Source: a virus. Taken from it: 64,000 nt of DNA. Below are positions 28,992-39,182 of this stretch, piece after piece. The stretch spans positions 25,684 through 89,683 of IMG/VR virus record IMGVR_UViG_3300040751_002893; one strand, 5' to 3'. The translations under genes and the position numbers were made by a program. The notes beneath the pieces are model-generated. The model was not told the DNA's origin and did not search any database. It saw only the letters and a list, made by a program, of their open reading frames with translations. Within the stretch, counting starts at the first letter, position 1, and each line of letters opens with the position of its first letter.

Positions 28992-29078
28992 GTGTTCTCC
29001 GATTGTTCAGTTTGATGGTGAGATATGAGAAGGTGATAGATACGGTTAGTTGTATGAGGGTTAGCGTCAATAGAGGGT

Positions 29079-29366
29079 TCATTTCAGCACCTGCTTGCAG
29101 ATTAGAGGGATAGCGTATTCTTCATACGCATGTAGCATTTCTTGGAGGTTGCGATACGCTTGTCTCTTGCGTTGGATCTCTACAAGATCATTCACATAAG
29201 AACCATCGGGATTCTTTTGGTCTTGTAGCTCGTCAATCTCAATGTATAGGCAGTTCAAGTCTTTGTATAACTTTGAGAGGGTAGCTACTTCTGCGAAGTA
29301 TTCGTATCGGGTGTCCATAGTTCCGTTTCGGTATGCTTGTAGTGCAAGGTCAAGATAGTTTGTCAT
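29079..29366 (-). CDS. Hypothetical protein
   Basis: MTNYLD after GGAG and a promoter/palindrome unit. Confidence 0.6.
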   Translation of the reverse strand: MTNYLDLALQAYRNGTMDTRYEYFAEVATLSKLYKDLNCLYIEIDELQDQKNPDGSYVNDLVEIQRKRQAYRNLQEMLHAYEEYAIPLICKQVLK

Positions 29367-29445
29367 GTTGTCTCCAGTTGTTCGGTACATCTATAATATA
29401 ATCGGTTCTCAGCTATTGTCAAGTGTGGTGGACAAAATGTGTCCG

Positions 29446-29826
29446 TTAGTCCAGTTCCAGTTCGCATTGGTCATTGAGTTCATCACGTACAGTCTCGTAA
29501 CACTCATGGATGACTTCCCATCCTTGGACATAAACCCACATGTTGCAGACAGCCTCTGGAGAGGATAGGTCTGTGTGGACTTCTCCGAAGTTGTGTTGCT
29601 CATACTCTTGAACGTCACCGATCATATCGAAAGCAGAATCGCCCATCCATTGCTTAGCTTGGTAGTGACCAATGATGTAATAGTCTCGGTTAAAGATTTG
29701 GTCATGCAAGTCTGAAACATAAGCGTCTCGGAAGTCTTGGTTGTCCATGTATTCTGCGATCTCACGAAGTCGGTCAAGGCAAAAGTCTTTGATTTCTTTT
29801 TGGTTTTGTTGGTAAGTGAATGACAT
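29446..29826 (-). CDS. Acidic early protein, possibly Ocr-like
   Basis: D/E-rich, DLHDQIF; has its own promoter. Confidence 0.55.
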   Translation of the reverse strand: MSFTYQQNQKEIKDFCLDRLREIAEYMDNQDFRDAYVSDLHDQIFNRDYYIIGHYQAKQWMGDSAFDMIGDVQEYEQHNFGEVHTDLSSPEAVCNMWVYVQGWEVIHECYETVRDELNDQCELELD

Positions 29827-29901
29827 ATTGTCTCCGTTGGTTGGGTTATATTAGTAATGTATCTGATTGGGGTGGAAAAGTCAAGGACAGAAAATGTCCG
29901 T

Positions 29902-30063
29902 TTACACTGGTGTGGCTCTGAAGTCTTTTGCATTGCGTGGTGCTTTCTTGCGTGCCTTGCTGATAGCATCCTGTTTGGATGTGGCTTGCACTCGGATGAA
30001 TCCGTACTGCGCTCCAAAGTTTGCGCCTGTTGTATTGTATGTGTAGTCTACGAAATAAGTCAT
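29902..30063 (-). CDS. Hypothetical small protein
   Basis: MTYFVDY after GGAG. Confidence 0.55.
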   Translation of the reverse strand: MTYFVDYTYNTTGANFGAQYGFIRVQATSKQDAISKARKKAPRNAKDFRATPV

Positions 30064-30077
30064 GTTGTTCTCCGTTG

Positions 30078-30329
30078 TTAGCATGAATATGGTTGGTTGT
30101 TGTCTTGTTGTTTTCGTGGTGTGCAGTGACCGTTCTCTATAAGAGCGTCTGCTGTTCTATGGAACCATCCTTGTAGCTGATAGGCCATCCCAGTGTCGAT
30201 AAGCACTTGCCAAGCTTGGATGTATTGCTCTTGGCTCTCGGCTTGATAGACACCCTCAGCGATCATGATTGCATCAAAGGTGGGCATTTCTTCTTCAAAG
30301 GGTAGTTCAAGTTGTATCATTTTAGACAT
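30078..30329 (-). CDS. Hypothetical phage protein
   Basis: WQVLIDTGMAYQLQGWFHRTA; GGAG RBS. Confidence 0.6.
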   Translation of the reverse strand: MSKMIQLELPFEEEMPTFDAIMIAEGVYQAESQEQYIQAWQVLIDTGMAYQLQGWFHRTADALIENGHCTPRKQQDNNQPYSC

Positions 30330-30574
30330 ATTGTCTCCGTTGTTTGGGTTCTAGTTATTTGGTTTGAGTTGTACCATATCGGCTTTAACAAAAGGTTTCC
30401 ATCTGGTCGAATAACCTGCTACATTTGCTGTTCTTTTAGAACGTTTGTACCATCTGACACCTTCAAAATAGAAGTATGATCGTACTGGGATTTGACTGAA
30501 TGAAATATGTTTGTTGGTCATAGTGACTCCGTTGGTTGGTGATGTTTATAATGTATCTCGTTTGGTTGGAAAAG

Positions 30575-30781
30575 TCAAGGACACTTTTTGTCCTTTTCTA
30601 TAAAGTCCACAAGGTCAACGTCAACCTTGACAATGCGTGAACCTGTTTCGCAGTTAGGGAAATGCACAGTCAGTTCTGTGCTAGGGTAAAGCCACCCTGT
30701 GGATCTATAGTCCGTAACTACGCCTATTCCAAAGAACTTGTGCTGTTTTGTTTTTTTACGCTTTACTAGTTTACCAATCAT
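30575..30781 (-). CDS. SH3/KOW-like miniprotein
   Basis: MIGKLV..GIGVV; ends KKCP inside the palindrome. Confidence 0.6.
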   Translation of the reverse strand: MIGKLVKRKKTKQHKFFGIGVVTDYRSTGWLYPSTELTVHFPNCETGSRIVKVDVDLVDFIEKDKKCP

Positions 30782-30833
30782 TTTAACTCCGTTGTTGGTT
30801 GGTGATGTTTATAATGTATCTCGTTTGGTTGGT

Positions 30834-30989
30834 TTAGTCAAGGACATTTTTTGACCGTTTGTCTATTTTCCCTCTGCAAGCCATCTTGTTGGCCTGTTTT
30901 TTCTTGTCTCCATGAGATCCTGAGCCTGAGCCTTGACGTTTGATATGCTCAAGATGTGTGAGATTGCGAGGTTGTAACTTCTTTTTCAT
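30834..30989 (-). CDS. 51-aa basic peptide
   Basis: Manual translation: MKKKLQPRNLTHLEHIKRQGSGSGSHGDKKKQANKMACRG... Confidence 0.5.
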   Translation of the reverse strand: MKKKLQPRNLTHLEHIKRQGSGSGSHGDKKKQANKMACRGKIDKRSKNVLD

Positions 30990-31186
30990 GGTTCTTCCTA
31001 GTTTAAGTCGGTTGGATCAAAACAAGCTTTGATAAGCTCCATGAGAGCCTGTTCTGCTATCTCTCGGAGTTGTGGTGGGGTTCCATCTATATTCAAGGCT
31101 TGCAAAGCAAGATTGATGGATACAAAGGTTTCGTGGTCTTTTCCATCAAAGATGGAGGATAAAGGCATTTTGTTCATGGTTGTCTC

Positions 31187-31444
31187 CTATTGAAGAGGTT
31201 CTATTGTGTTGCTTATGTCGTTTAGGGTGTCGATAGACAAACCAGTAACGAATTCATATTCAGTACAGGTTCGGTAGCCACCCATACCGTTTGGGGTTTG
31301 TCTTGTGGTATGGGAAAGATAGACTACTGGCTTGCCATTTACGAGGATTAGATCGCCTTTCGTAAGGCTTTCAGCCCACATGTTCTTACCATGGTTTGGA
31401 TAGTGTTTGTGGAAGTTCTTTGCGAAGTTAAGCATGGTTCTCAT
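31187..31444 (-). CDS. Hypothetical protein
   Basis: GGAG RBS and its own promoter. Confidence 0.55.
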   Translation of the reverse strand: MRTMLNFAKNFHKHYPNHGKNMWAESLTKGDLILVNGKPVVYLSHTTRQTPNGMGGYRTCTEYEFVTGLSIDTLNDISNTIEPLQ

Positions 31445-31569
31445 TTTGTCTCCGTTTCAGTTGGTGATGTTAGTAATGTAACCCATTGAGAAAAAAAGTC
31501 AAATCGGGAGGACAGAATATGTCCGGCAAGGGTTCGTTCCCTTTAGGGAACGGATTGAGGAACTGGTTT

Positions 31570-31605
31570 GAGTTACGTAAACTTTTTTTGGCATAGATAT
31601 TGCAA
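31570..31605 (+). promoter_or_regulatory. sigma54 consensus site
   Basis: GAGTTACG-N11-TGGCATAGATATTGCA (31589). Confidence 0.65.
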
Positions 31606-31646
31606 GGGGTGTCTCTACTCTGAAACTGCCCCTCGCGCTATCTCAT

Positions 31647-31895
31647 TCACCGTTTGACTTTGATATGGTAGCTTGAACCTCGTTTATTGACATAGAGTGT
31701 CTCAATACCGTCCACATGCTCGTCACGTGCGATCGCATCAAGTAGGTGTTGCACGTCAAACTGTGTAACAGTTTCCTCGCTTATGACGTTCGCTACGAAG
31801 TCATGAAGATCTCCATCCCAATCACCCCAAAGGTTCTCTATGAAGTCAAGAGCCTCTTTCACTGCCTTGATGGTGACTGTTGTTTTATCCTTCAT
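31647..31895 (-). CDS. Hypothetical acidic protein
   Basis: Start MKDKTT after GGAGG. Confidence 0.55.
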   Translation of the reverse strand: MKDKTTVTIKAVKEALDFIENLWGDWDGDLHDFVANVISEETVTQFDVQHLLDAIARDEHVDGIETLYVNKRGSSYHIKVKR

Positions 31896-32015
31896 TTTTG
31901 CCTCCGTAGTGAAAGGTGTCGTACTTGGTTGTGCGCTTGATCTCCTTTGGAGACAGGACACGCACTTGTGTTCCCTTACGTGTGGTGATAATCACCTTGT
32001 CCATTGTGTATTTAC

Positions 32016-32569
32016 TCATGTATCCTCCTGTGGTTGTGTGAGTTGTGTGTAGTAGAAGCGCAGACTGCTCTCGCTTATGTGAGCAAAGCAATCGGGAGCG
32101 TCAATGTATCTGAGTGTGTAGAATCCATCTTTGACCGCAGTGCATACGCATATGCCGCTCTCGCTCTTCCATAGTGTGCCGACCATAGTTTCTCCTTGGT
32201 GGGGGTAGGGTAGTAGGGTAGTAGGTTAGGCTATCTTGGTCATGGATCTCTCTACGAAGAAATCACGAAGTGTCACATGACCTAGACTGGGTGTTGTAAA
32301 CACATAGTACAACGCCCCACCTGTTGTATAGTATTTGTCTTTGAGAATGTATATCTTGCCTTTTCGACATTTCCATAGTGTACCAATCATTCTTCTTCCG
32401 TTGGTGTTAAGGGTTCAAAGTATCTATCCAGTTCTCGTAGTCCTTTGACTACCCATGTGTCTCCGTTTGTTATACAAACCATGGTGAAGTAGGGTATGTG
32501 TGCATAGTCTATGCTTATGCAAGCGTATATGTGCTTACTGTGTCTTGATCTATACAACATCCCTATCAT
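32016..32569 (-). CDS. Three tandem miniproteins M(V/I)GxL(W/Y): 32016-32186, 32226-32390, 32387-32569
   Basis: Manual translations MVGTLWKSES.., MIGTLWKCRK.. and MIGMLYRSRH.. Confidence 0.6.
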
Positions 32570-32577
32570 GTTATCAC

Positions 32578-33816
32578 CTAGTCTATCGCTATGACACGTT
32601 CATTAGTTGTGAAGTAAGGGTTCTCCTTGCCTCGTTGGTCAGTCATCCACATGCGTTGGCACTTGCTGGCTATCGGCTTTGGAGCCTCCATATCTGTGAG
32701 GATGATGTGACCATCGAAACCGTTCTCATTGACGTATCGTGTCGGAGCGTCAAAGCATGTGCCGCCACACTTGACACGTTCCCATGTCTTGCGTTCACCT
32801 TTCTTCCAAGTGTAGACAAGACTCTCGTCCACTTCAGTATCAAAAGGCACAACGGTAAACTCTGCAAGGCTTGATAGGCTATTGAGTTCTGCGAAGAATG
32901 AGGCAAGCATTTCATCCGATACAGAACCAGACTGGTCAATGCTGATAGCAATCTTGGCTTGACGTGTAACCTTGCGACCGGCATGAATGTATGGAAACCT
33001 ACGGTTAAGTCTACGAACAGTCGAACGCTTATTGCTACGCTGTGAAGTCTTGATGAAGTATCTCAGAACCTTGCGCCAGTCAATCTTGGGAGTGATAGCA
33101 TCCATGATCTGCTTACGAACGTCTGCCGATACAGATCCCCAGCCTTGACCGCTTGAAGCATCCTTGGCGGCTTTCTCCATAGCATCTTTCAAACGCTCTT
33201 TGGCCATAGCCTTTGTCTCTTCGTCAACGTCACCCCAACCGCTATGGTCGTCAAGAACGTGGTCACCAAGAGAAGAGCCTTGGCCTTGGCCTTGTGATGG
33301 ATCGCCTTGGCCTTGACCGCCTTGACCGTCACCTTGGCCTTGACCATCGTCTTTCTTGAACTGCTCATCTTCTTCAATAATCTTAAGATAAGCCTCAGCA
33401 GATAAACCGACAGGATAGTCTGCGAAAGGTGTATCGGCTTTGCCGGGTATACAGCCACCATCGGGCAACATGTCAGCAATATGACTGTTGATTGCAAGGT
33501 CTGTCGCAACGTTCCACTTCATAGACATACCCTCAGCCGGAAGTCGTGTGGTGACATGCTCAAAGATGATGTGGTAAAACTCGTGCATTAGAACACCAAG
33601 CTTTTGCTTGTCTGTAAGGCTAGCCATGAACTCTGGATTGTAAAGCATCTCAAACTGTGCTGACTGTGGATTGATACGGACACCAGCAGTTGGAATGTGC
33701 TTGGATGGTGCTTTGTGAATACGTCTTGAAAGACTTGCGAAGAACGGTTCTTGTTGTAGCAAACGGAAAGTGTGCATGTTCAAGTCAAACTTTTCTGTTG
33801 TTTCGTTATCACTCAT
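32578..33816 (-). CDS. Metallopeptidase-VWA protein (DUF2201-like)
   Basis: LMHEFYH, WNVATDLAIN, a Q/G linker, IDQSGS, GGGT-like CGGT and ILTD. Confidence 0.85.
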   Translation of the reverse strand: MSDNETTEKFDLNMHTFRLLQQEPFFASLSRRIHKAPSKHIPTAGVRINPQSAQFEMLYNPEFMASLTDKQKLGVLMHEFYHIIFEHVTTRLPAEGMSMKWNVATDLAINSHIADMLPDGGCIPGKADTPFADYPVGLSAEAYLKIIEEDEQFKKDDGQGQGDGQGGQGQGDPSQGQGQGSSLGDHVLDDHSGWGDVDEETKAMAKERLKDAMEKAAKDASSGQGWGSVSADVRKQIMDAITPKIDWRKVLRYFIKTSQRSNKRSTVRRLNRRFPYIHAGRKVTRQAKIAISIDQSGSVSDEMLASFFAELNSLSSLAEFTVVPFDTEVDESLVYTWKKGERKTWERVKCGGTCFDAPTRYVNENGFDGHIILTDMEAPKPIASKCQRMWMTDQRGKENPYFTTNERVIAID

Positions 33817-34072
33817 TGGAATCTCCTTGTTGGGGTGATATAGATAACTTATCCGATTGGGATGGTTTTGTCAAACGTGGTGGACAAAAACTGTCCGGTA
33901 GTTTAGAAAGCTCTATTCTGTCTAGGTTGGTGTGCGCTTCCTCTATCTTTTGAGCTAGGGATTTGACTTCCAAAGGCTCCGACAGTTCTTCAAGCTCTGG
34001 TGGAAACTCAATCTTTTGTCTTTGTATTGCGTAATACGTTATATTGCTGTATTGTAGCTTTGGTCTACTCAT
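33809..34072 (-). CDS. Hypothetical protein
   Basis: GGAGG RBS; the 3' end contains a promoter/palindrome unit. Confidence 0.45.
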   Translation of the reverse strand: MSRPKLQYSNITYYAIQRQKIEFPPELEELSEPLEVKSLAQKIEEAHTNLDRIELSKLPDSFCPPRLTKPSQSDKLSISPQQGDSNE

Positions 34073-34289
34073 TGGTTCCTCCTGTCTTGAAACCCATAGG
34101 TGCTTTCTTCTTGGGCTTTTCTGCCTTGGGAAGTGCTTGTGGTGGCATAGCCATACCCATAAGGGCTTGCAAGGGTATTCCCATAGAGTTGCCTTGTGGT
34201 TGCATAGCCATGATTAGCTTGGATAATAGCTCGTCTGATATGTTCAGTGTAATATTAATCTCGTTATTGCTCATTGGTTTCTCCTGCAT
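34065..34289 (-). CDS. Hypothetical protein
   Basis: Overlapping-gene chain; start probably MSNNEI. Confidence 0.5.
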   Translation of the reverse strand: MQEKPMSNNEINITLNISDELLSKLIMAMQPQGNSMGIPLQALMGMAMPPQALPKAEKPKKKAPMGFKTGGTNE

Positions 34290-34617
34290 TGTCTACAATG
34301 CTTTTAAGTAGTTGTTGCTTGTGGGTTGGTAGTAAGGACTTTTGGTGGTTTAGGGTTTCCACGTCGGGCATTAGGAACAAAGACCAGTCTTTGAGAGTCT
34401 TGGATAGTTGCCTTGCCTGTTTCAATGTGATGTTGTGTCTGATGGAATAGCCTGTGGACATGTGTGATAATGTCCATGACTTTTCATCCTCTTTACGATG
34501 GACATAGAAAGGGAAGTCATTTCCGTAGGAACCATCACAATATGTCCAAACTGGATGATTATCTTCAAATGTTCGTATCTTGAATGTACCTTTGCGTATT
34601 CTCATAGGTGTCTCCAT
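34264..34617 (-). CDS. Hypothetical protein
   Basis: 117-aa ORF in an operon. Confidence 0.55.
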   Translation of the reverse strand: METPMRIRKGTFKIRTFEDNHPVWTYCDGSYGNDFPFYVHRKEDEKSWTLSHMSTGYSIRHNITLKQARQLSKTLKDWSLFLMPDVETLNHQKSLLPTHKQQLLKSIVDNAGETNEQ

Positions 34618-34679
34618 AGAAAGGGATTATAGTCTCCTTGTTTCAAGGCACAAGGAGCCAAAGCCAGCGAGGTGAAATG

Positions 34680-35741
34680 TTAGTTACCAGCGTTTAGGAT
34701 ACCGACAACATAGTCTTGGATGGAAGTGCCGTCTACTTCAATCGCCCAAAGTTTAGCGATATTGTAGGTTGATTCGTCAGTTTGAGCCATGGACTGCCAC
34801 AGAACCATGACGATCTCTGATGGAAGTTGCAAGAAATATTTTGCAAGGTTATCAAGACGAGTGTCTGATAGACGTTCTGCAAAGATGTTCTTTGCTTTCA
34901 TCTTTTCGACCATAGCATTGTGGTCATTGATCTTCCAACCTTTGATCTTGTCGAACTTACCATCATCTAGAAGATCTTCGATAGTGACTTGACGATCGTA
35001 CTTGTCAAGGAAGTCTTTGAAAGCTACTGCACCCTCAAAGCCGATGAAAGAGCAAGCGATATGGTAGGTTACAGATGAACCCTCAATCTCGTTACCCATT
35101 CCAGACAAAGTCTGAGACAATCGTTCCCAAGAACGTCTTGATGGGTAAACCTTGTTAGGCTCGTAGTCATCATTGTGTTCAAGATGGTTGTGGTTCTGAT
35201 TGATGAAGTCCCAGATCTCTTGTGCTACGTTACCCTTAGCCCAATCAAGCCAATCTTCTACCGTAGGTTCTACGTCAAAGACGGTATAGCGATCAAGCTC
35301 TGCTGGATCCATCTCACCTACTTGGTATTGAGAACCATGCTCTCCACCGTTTACACAAGCAAAGATAAGGGTTTCGGGATGCAGACTGCGACCGGCAATC
35401 TTGCGGCTATCACAAAGCTCAAAGATACCTTGGCGGACTTCAAGCGTAGCTCGGTCTACTTCGTCAAGGAAGAGGACGACAGGAGTATCACAAGCAGTCT
35501 TGAACCACTTTGGTGGACACCACTCAGTTACATCATTGTCTGATTGCTTTGGCAAGCCAAGCAAGTCACCCTCAGTCATTTGGCTAGCACGTCTTTCGAC
35601 AACAGGCAAACCGAGTTCTTTGGCTTTTTGGTATACGATGGTAGATTTACCGATACCATGCCGACCACGAACGAGGACAGGAAACTTTGCGTTAAGGATA
35701 GGGTTGATTACGTTAGAGAATGTTTTGAAGTCAATAGCCAT
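34680..35741 (-). CDS. MoxR-type AAA+ ATPase
   Basis: GRHGIGKS, DLLGLP, LFLDEVDRA, MDPAELDRY and PSRRSW. Confidence 0.88.
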   Translation of the reverse strand: MAIDFKTFSNVINPILNAKFPVLVRGRHGIGKSTIVYQKAKELGLPVVERRASQMTEGDLLGLPKQSDNDVTEWCPPKWFKTACDTPVVLFLDEVDRATLEVRQGIFELCDSRKIAGRSLHPETLIFACVNGGEHGSQYQVGEMDPAELDRYTVFDVEPTVEDWLDWAKGNVAQEIWDFINQNHNHLEHNDDYEPNKVYPSRRSWERLSQTLSGMGNEIEGSSVTYHIACSFIGFEGAVAFKDFLDKYDRQVTIEDLLDDGKFDKIKGWKINDHNAMVEKMKAKNIFAERLSDTRLDNLAKYFLQLPSEIVMVLWQSMAQTDESTYNIAKLWAIEVDGTSIQDYVVGILNAGN

Positions 35742-36139
35742 GGGAGGCCTCCGTTTGTTTTGTTGTTAGTTCTTCGTTATGAAGATGTTTATATTATAAC
35801 TAGGTTAGGGTTTGTTGTCAAGGACATTTTTTGTCCGAAGTTTATTTTTTTTCTTGTTGGTGGGTTCTCGTTTACATTTTTGTCTCCGTCAGTTGCTGAT
35901 GTTTATAATGTATCCTGTTCACTTCGATTCGTCAAGGACATTTTTTGTCCGCTCATCTTTTTTTCTTTTGGGCTGGCTATAGGTTGCCCACTGATCAAGC
36001 AGAAATGCAGTCATAAGGACTATCCCTGTGTTTATAAGGAACATGTAAAAAGCATTGTGATGAATCATGTTGTTCTCCGTTGTTGATGTTTATAATCTAT
36101 CCGATTGAGTTCAAAAAGTCAAGGACATTTTTTGTCCGT

Positions 36140-36394
36140 TTATCCAATATGGTACTTGCGTAGTATTGGGAGGTCGTTTTCTTCTATCTCTTGTGCATAA
36201 TATAACCGAAAACCACGATGGGTATATGGCGATATGTACACTCTGAGATCTTCGTCATAAGCAAGATCTTCTTGTCCAGACCATGCTTTTAGCACTTCAT
36301 GTTCATTTGATGTGTCTTTCATGTAGATAATAGCTTTATCCCAATACTCATGATCTCCGTCATAGATCGTTATGGTTAGTAAATGATATTTCAT
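36140..36394 (-). CDS. Hypothetical protein
   Basis: MKYHLL after GGAGG; own promoter and palindrome. Confidence 0.6.
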   Translation of the reverse strand: MKYHLLTITIYDGDHEYWDKAIIYMKDTSNEHEVLKAWSGQEDLAYDEDLRVYISPYTHRGFRLYYAQEIEENDLPILRKYHIG

Positions 36395-36619
36395 GTTTCC
36401 TCCGTTGTTGGATATTAGTAATGTATTGTGTTTTATCTCAATTGTCAAGGACATTTTTTGTCCACATTCTATCAAACTCTTTCTTAGTGAATATGAGATA
36501 GCGATCTTGTACTTTCACATGAACAAAATACTCATGTACAAGATGCTCTACAAGCTTGACTATGATACAAGATACGTTTGGGTTATCTTGTCTTGTGTAT
36601 ATTTCTCCGACTTCCATGT

Positions 36620-36808
36620 CTATTCCTCCTTATTTACTTTTTGTAGCATACCCCTAGGGAACGTGAATATGCGATTGTCTTGGAAGATGTGTATGTCATA
36701 CACACCCTCACGCCTTTCACACACAACCACGCCTATTATGTTCTCCAACCCATACATGTGTATAAGGTCGCCCACCAGTAGGGTACCAGTACGCATGTTT
36801 ATTTCCAT
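36620..36808 (-). CDS. SH3/KOW-like miniprotein
   Basis: VGDLI..IGVVV..LQKV. Confidence 0.55.
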   Translation of the reverse strand: MEINMRTGTLLVGDLIHMYGLENIIGVVVCERREGVYDIHIFQDNRIFTFPRGMLQKVNKEE

Positions 36809-37725
36809 GCGTTAATGTGGACTACAAGGTTTGCAGGTCGCCAATCGGACTTCATACCGTTTTGTAATTGCTCATAGGTTCTCTTCTTGACAAGAGTTCC
36901 AAAGGATTCTTTGTAGGAAGTAATCCACTCTTGGGGTAGGGGAGTAGGGGAGTTGGTGATTACAGACACCAATGAACAAGCTGGTGCACCATTCCAAAAG
37001 GAATGTATTCTACCGTTCTCTCCGACAGTGTTAAACTTCGCATGAAGATTATCAAGTCGTCTTGTCTCTCCATCTACCAACACACAAACTTCTATCGGAG
37101 AATGAGCGTCATTATGGTTCTTGCTCATACCAGAGAATACATTTACAGTATTCCAGTTTATCTTGGTGATGATACCAGTGCTTTTTACTGTTTCTCTATT
37201 GTTCCAGCTACCCTTTTCATAAGTGACTTGAACACAAGCACCAACAGATAGACCACCATCCAGTACAAGGTCTTTGTAGGCCGCGTGTCGCCAGTTCTCA
37301 TTGGCTTTGTAACAGTCTTTGAGAAACTGTTCCATGGTCGGACAAGTGCGTCTTGTATGGTCTTTGCCACCACAAAAGCCACATGTTCTATTGACTGCCT
37401 TGCGTTTGACTTTGTGTTCAAAGTTGAATCCACGTTCTTTCTGAACCTTGTATGCTTTGCGACAGTTACGGAACCATGCCGCAAGAGCATTGTTGGCTAC
37501 ATCATCAATAAGAGGATCAAAAGCCGCAGTGTGCCATGTAGCATAGTTGTAGCCACGTCTGATAAGATTACCATCTTTGTCTTTGGGAATCTCCAGTCTT
37601 GATAAGAAGTTCTCCCAATCACCTTTGACGTGTGGGCATTGGTATTGGTTGTGTCCTGTTTCTCGGCAATAGCCACATGTTGCTTTACTTCTGTTTGATG
37701 TGTTCTTATTTTCATGAATATTCAT
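36799..37725 (-). CDS. Protein with two CCHC zinc knuckles
   Basis: CGYCRETGHNQYQC and CGFCGGKDHTRRTC (CX2CX4HX4C); start MNIHEN. Confidence 0.7.
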   Translation of the reverse strand: MNIHENKNTSNRSKATCGYCRETGHNQYQCPHVKGDWENFLSRLEIPKDKDGNLIRRGYNYATWHTAAFDPLIDDVANNALAAWFRNCRKAYKVQKERGFNFEHKVKRKAVNRTCGFCGGKDHTRRTCPTMEQFLKDCYKANENWRHAAYKDLVLDGGLSVGACVQVTYEKGSWNNRETVKSTGIITKINWNTVNVFSGMSKNHNDAHSPIEVCVLVDGETRRLDNLHAKFNTVGENGRIHSFWNGAPACSLVSVITNSPTPLPQEWITSYKESFGTLVKKRTYEQLQNGMKSDWRPANLVVHINAWK

Positions 37726-37818
37726 GTTGTCTCCAATGAAATGTTGTTGATTGTTCGTTGTGAACATATTATTAACTTATTGTGTTTGGTTGAAAAAGTC
37801 AAGGACAGAAAATGTCCT

Positions 37819-38118
37819 TTATGGTTTAAGTGTGTGTTCAGACATGTCTATCTCCATTTCTATGCTCCAAAGAAGTTCTTGGCATTTGTCGAACATAGTT
37901 TCCAGTTCTTTTATTTTGAGCGTGTGTTCTGGGTTGTAGAGGGTTTCAAGGTTCTTTTCTGCCCATGTTAAATCCTCATCATTTTGATCAAAAACACCTA
38001 AGAGAAGCTCCAAGCTCTCAGAGCAAGCCACTTGCAAAGCACCTTTTCGTGTCATGTGGATACTGACTGCTTCTCTACCATCCCATGGTCTTGTTATTGT
38101 AACTTCGTATACGTTCAT
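37819..38118 (-). CDS. Hypothetical protein
   Basis: Likely start MNVYEV after GAGGTG. Confidence 0.5.
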   Translation of the reverse strand: MNVYEVTITRPWDGREAVSIHMTRKGALQVACSESLELLLGVFDQNDEDLTWAEKNLETLYNPEHTLKIKELETMFDKCQELLWSIEMEIDMSEHTLKP

Positions 38119-38287
38119 TGTTTCACCTCTTTGAGTTCTGTTGGGTTGTAATGATGTGTTTTGCCTGTTTTCAAGTTTGTTCCAGTGATATACACTCCAT
38201 GTGTATACCCTGTTATCACCACTAAATCTCCAAGCTGTGATGGAAAATGACTTGCTATTGCAACCACTTCGCATAGTGTTCCTATCT

Positions 38288-38923
38288 TCATACTCTTTCC
38301 TCTCCAGTGAGTTGTTTGATTGGTAGTAGATCCTTTTCGGGAATGAAGTCATACATGCCTATACAAGTTCCAGTCAAGTATACGACCATAATGTGGCTCT
38401 TTCCATAGCGACCAAACTTCTTGATATAACCAAGTTCATTGAGTCCACGCTCATTATACACTCTTACTAAATCACCTATTTGCATGCTATCACCTCCAGT
38501 TGGTATCCATTGATACCATAAACTTCTCCACTAGCCCAGTGAATGAGCCACCTATCTGCGACACCTATCTGTCGAATGACGATACCAATGTCTCCAAAAG
38601 GGTTTTCTACTACACTACCTGTTTTCATTTTATCTCCGTTGTTCGGTGTGATGTTTATAATGTATCCGATTGAGGCAAAAAAGTCAAGGACAAAAAGTGT
38701 CCGGCTTTGATTGTTGAGGTTTTAACTTCTTTATCTCGTATCTTTTGAACCAAACTCTCTTGTTGTGTACGCTTCTACCCTCGCAAAACCACTGTATCCC
38801 AAAGTCATAGTACCCTTTGGCCGGATAAACCTCCAATATGATACCAAAACCCTCGTAATACCTGTGGTTGTGCTTTAACTTCGCACCTTTGGCCGATAAC
38901 ACAACAAGATCGCCTATTTTCAT
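38288..38923 (-). CDS. Three MKxGDLV-family miniproteins: 38288-38485, 38476-38628, 38684-38923
   Basis: MQIGDLVRV; MKTGSVVE..GIV..LEVI (manual); MKIGDLVVL. Confidence 0.7.
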
Positions 38924-39168
38924 TCTCTATGTCTCTCCAAGATGTGCTTGATGAATCCATCTGGACACCAAACATGCACTACCCTCCAACCCTCAAACGG
39001 TGTTGGGATGGTCTTGCACACCTCTGCGCCTGTCTCTGTACGCTCCACATACACACACAGGTATGAGCCACTATCGTCACCCTCCTGCTTGACTATGAAC
39101 GCACTGTCAGTATGGTCAGGCATTATTTTCATAAGGTTTTGTATTGCTTGTTCTCTTTCTGTTTTCAT
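38920..39168 (-). CDS. Hypothetical protein
   Basis: AGGAG RBS. Confidence 0.55.
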   Translation of the reverse strand: MKTEREQAIQNLMKIMPDHTDSAFIVKQEGDDSGSYLCVYVERTETGAEVCKTIPTPFEGWRVVHVWCPDGFIKHILERHRE

Positions 39169-39182
39169 GGTTGTCTCCTTTG

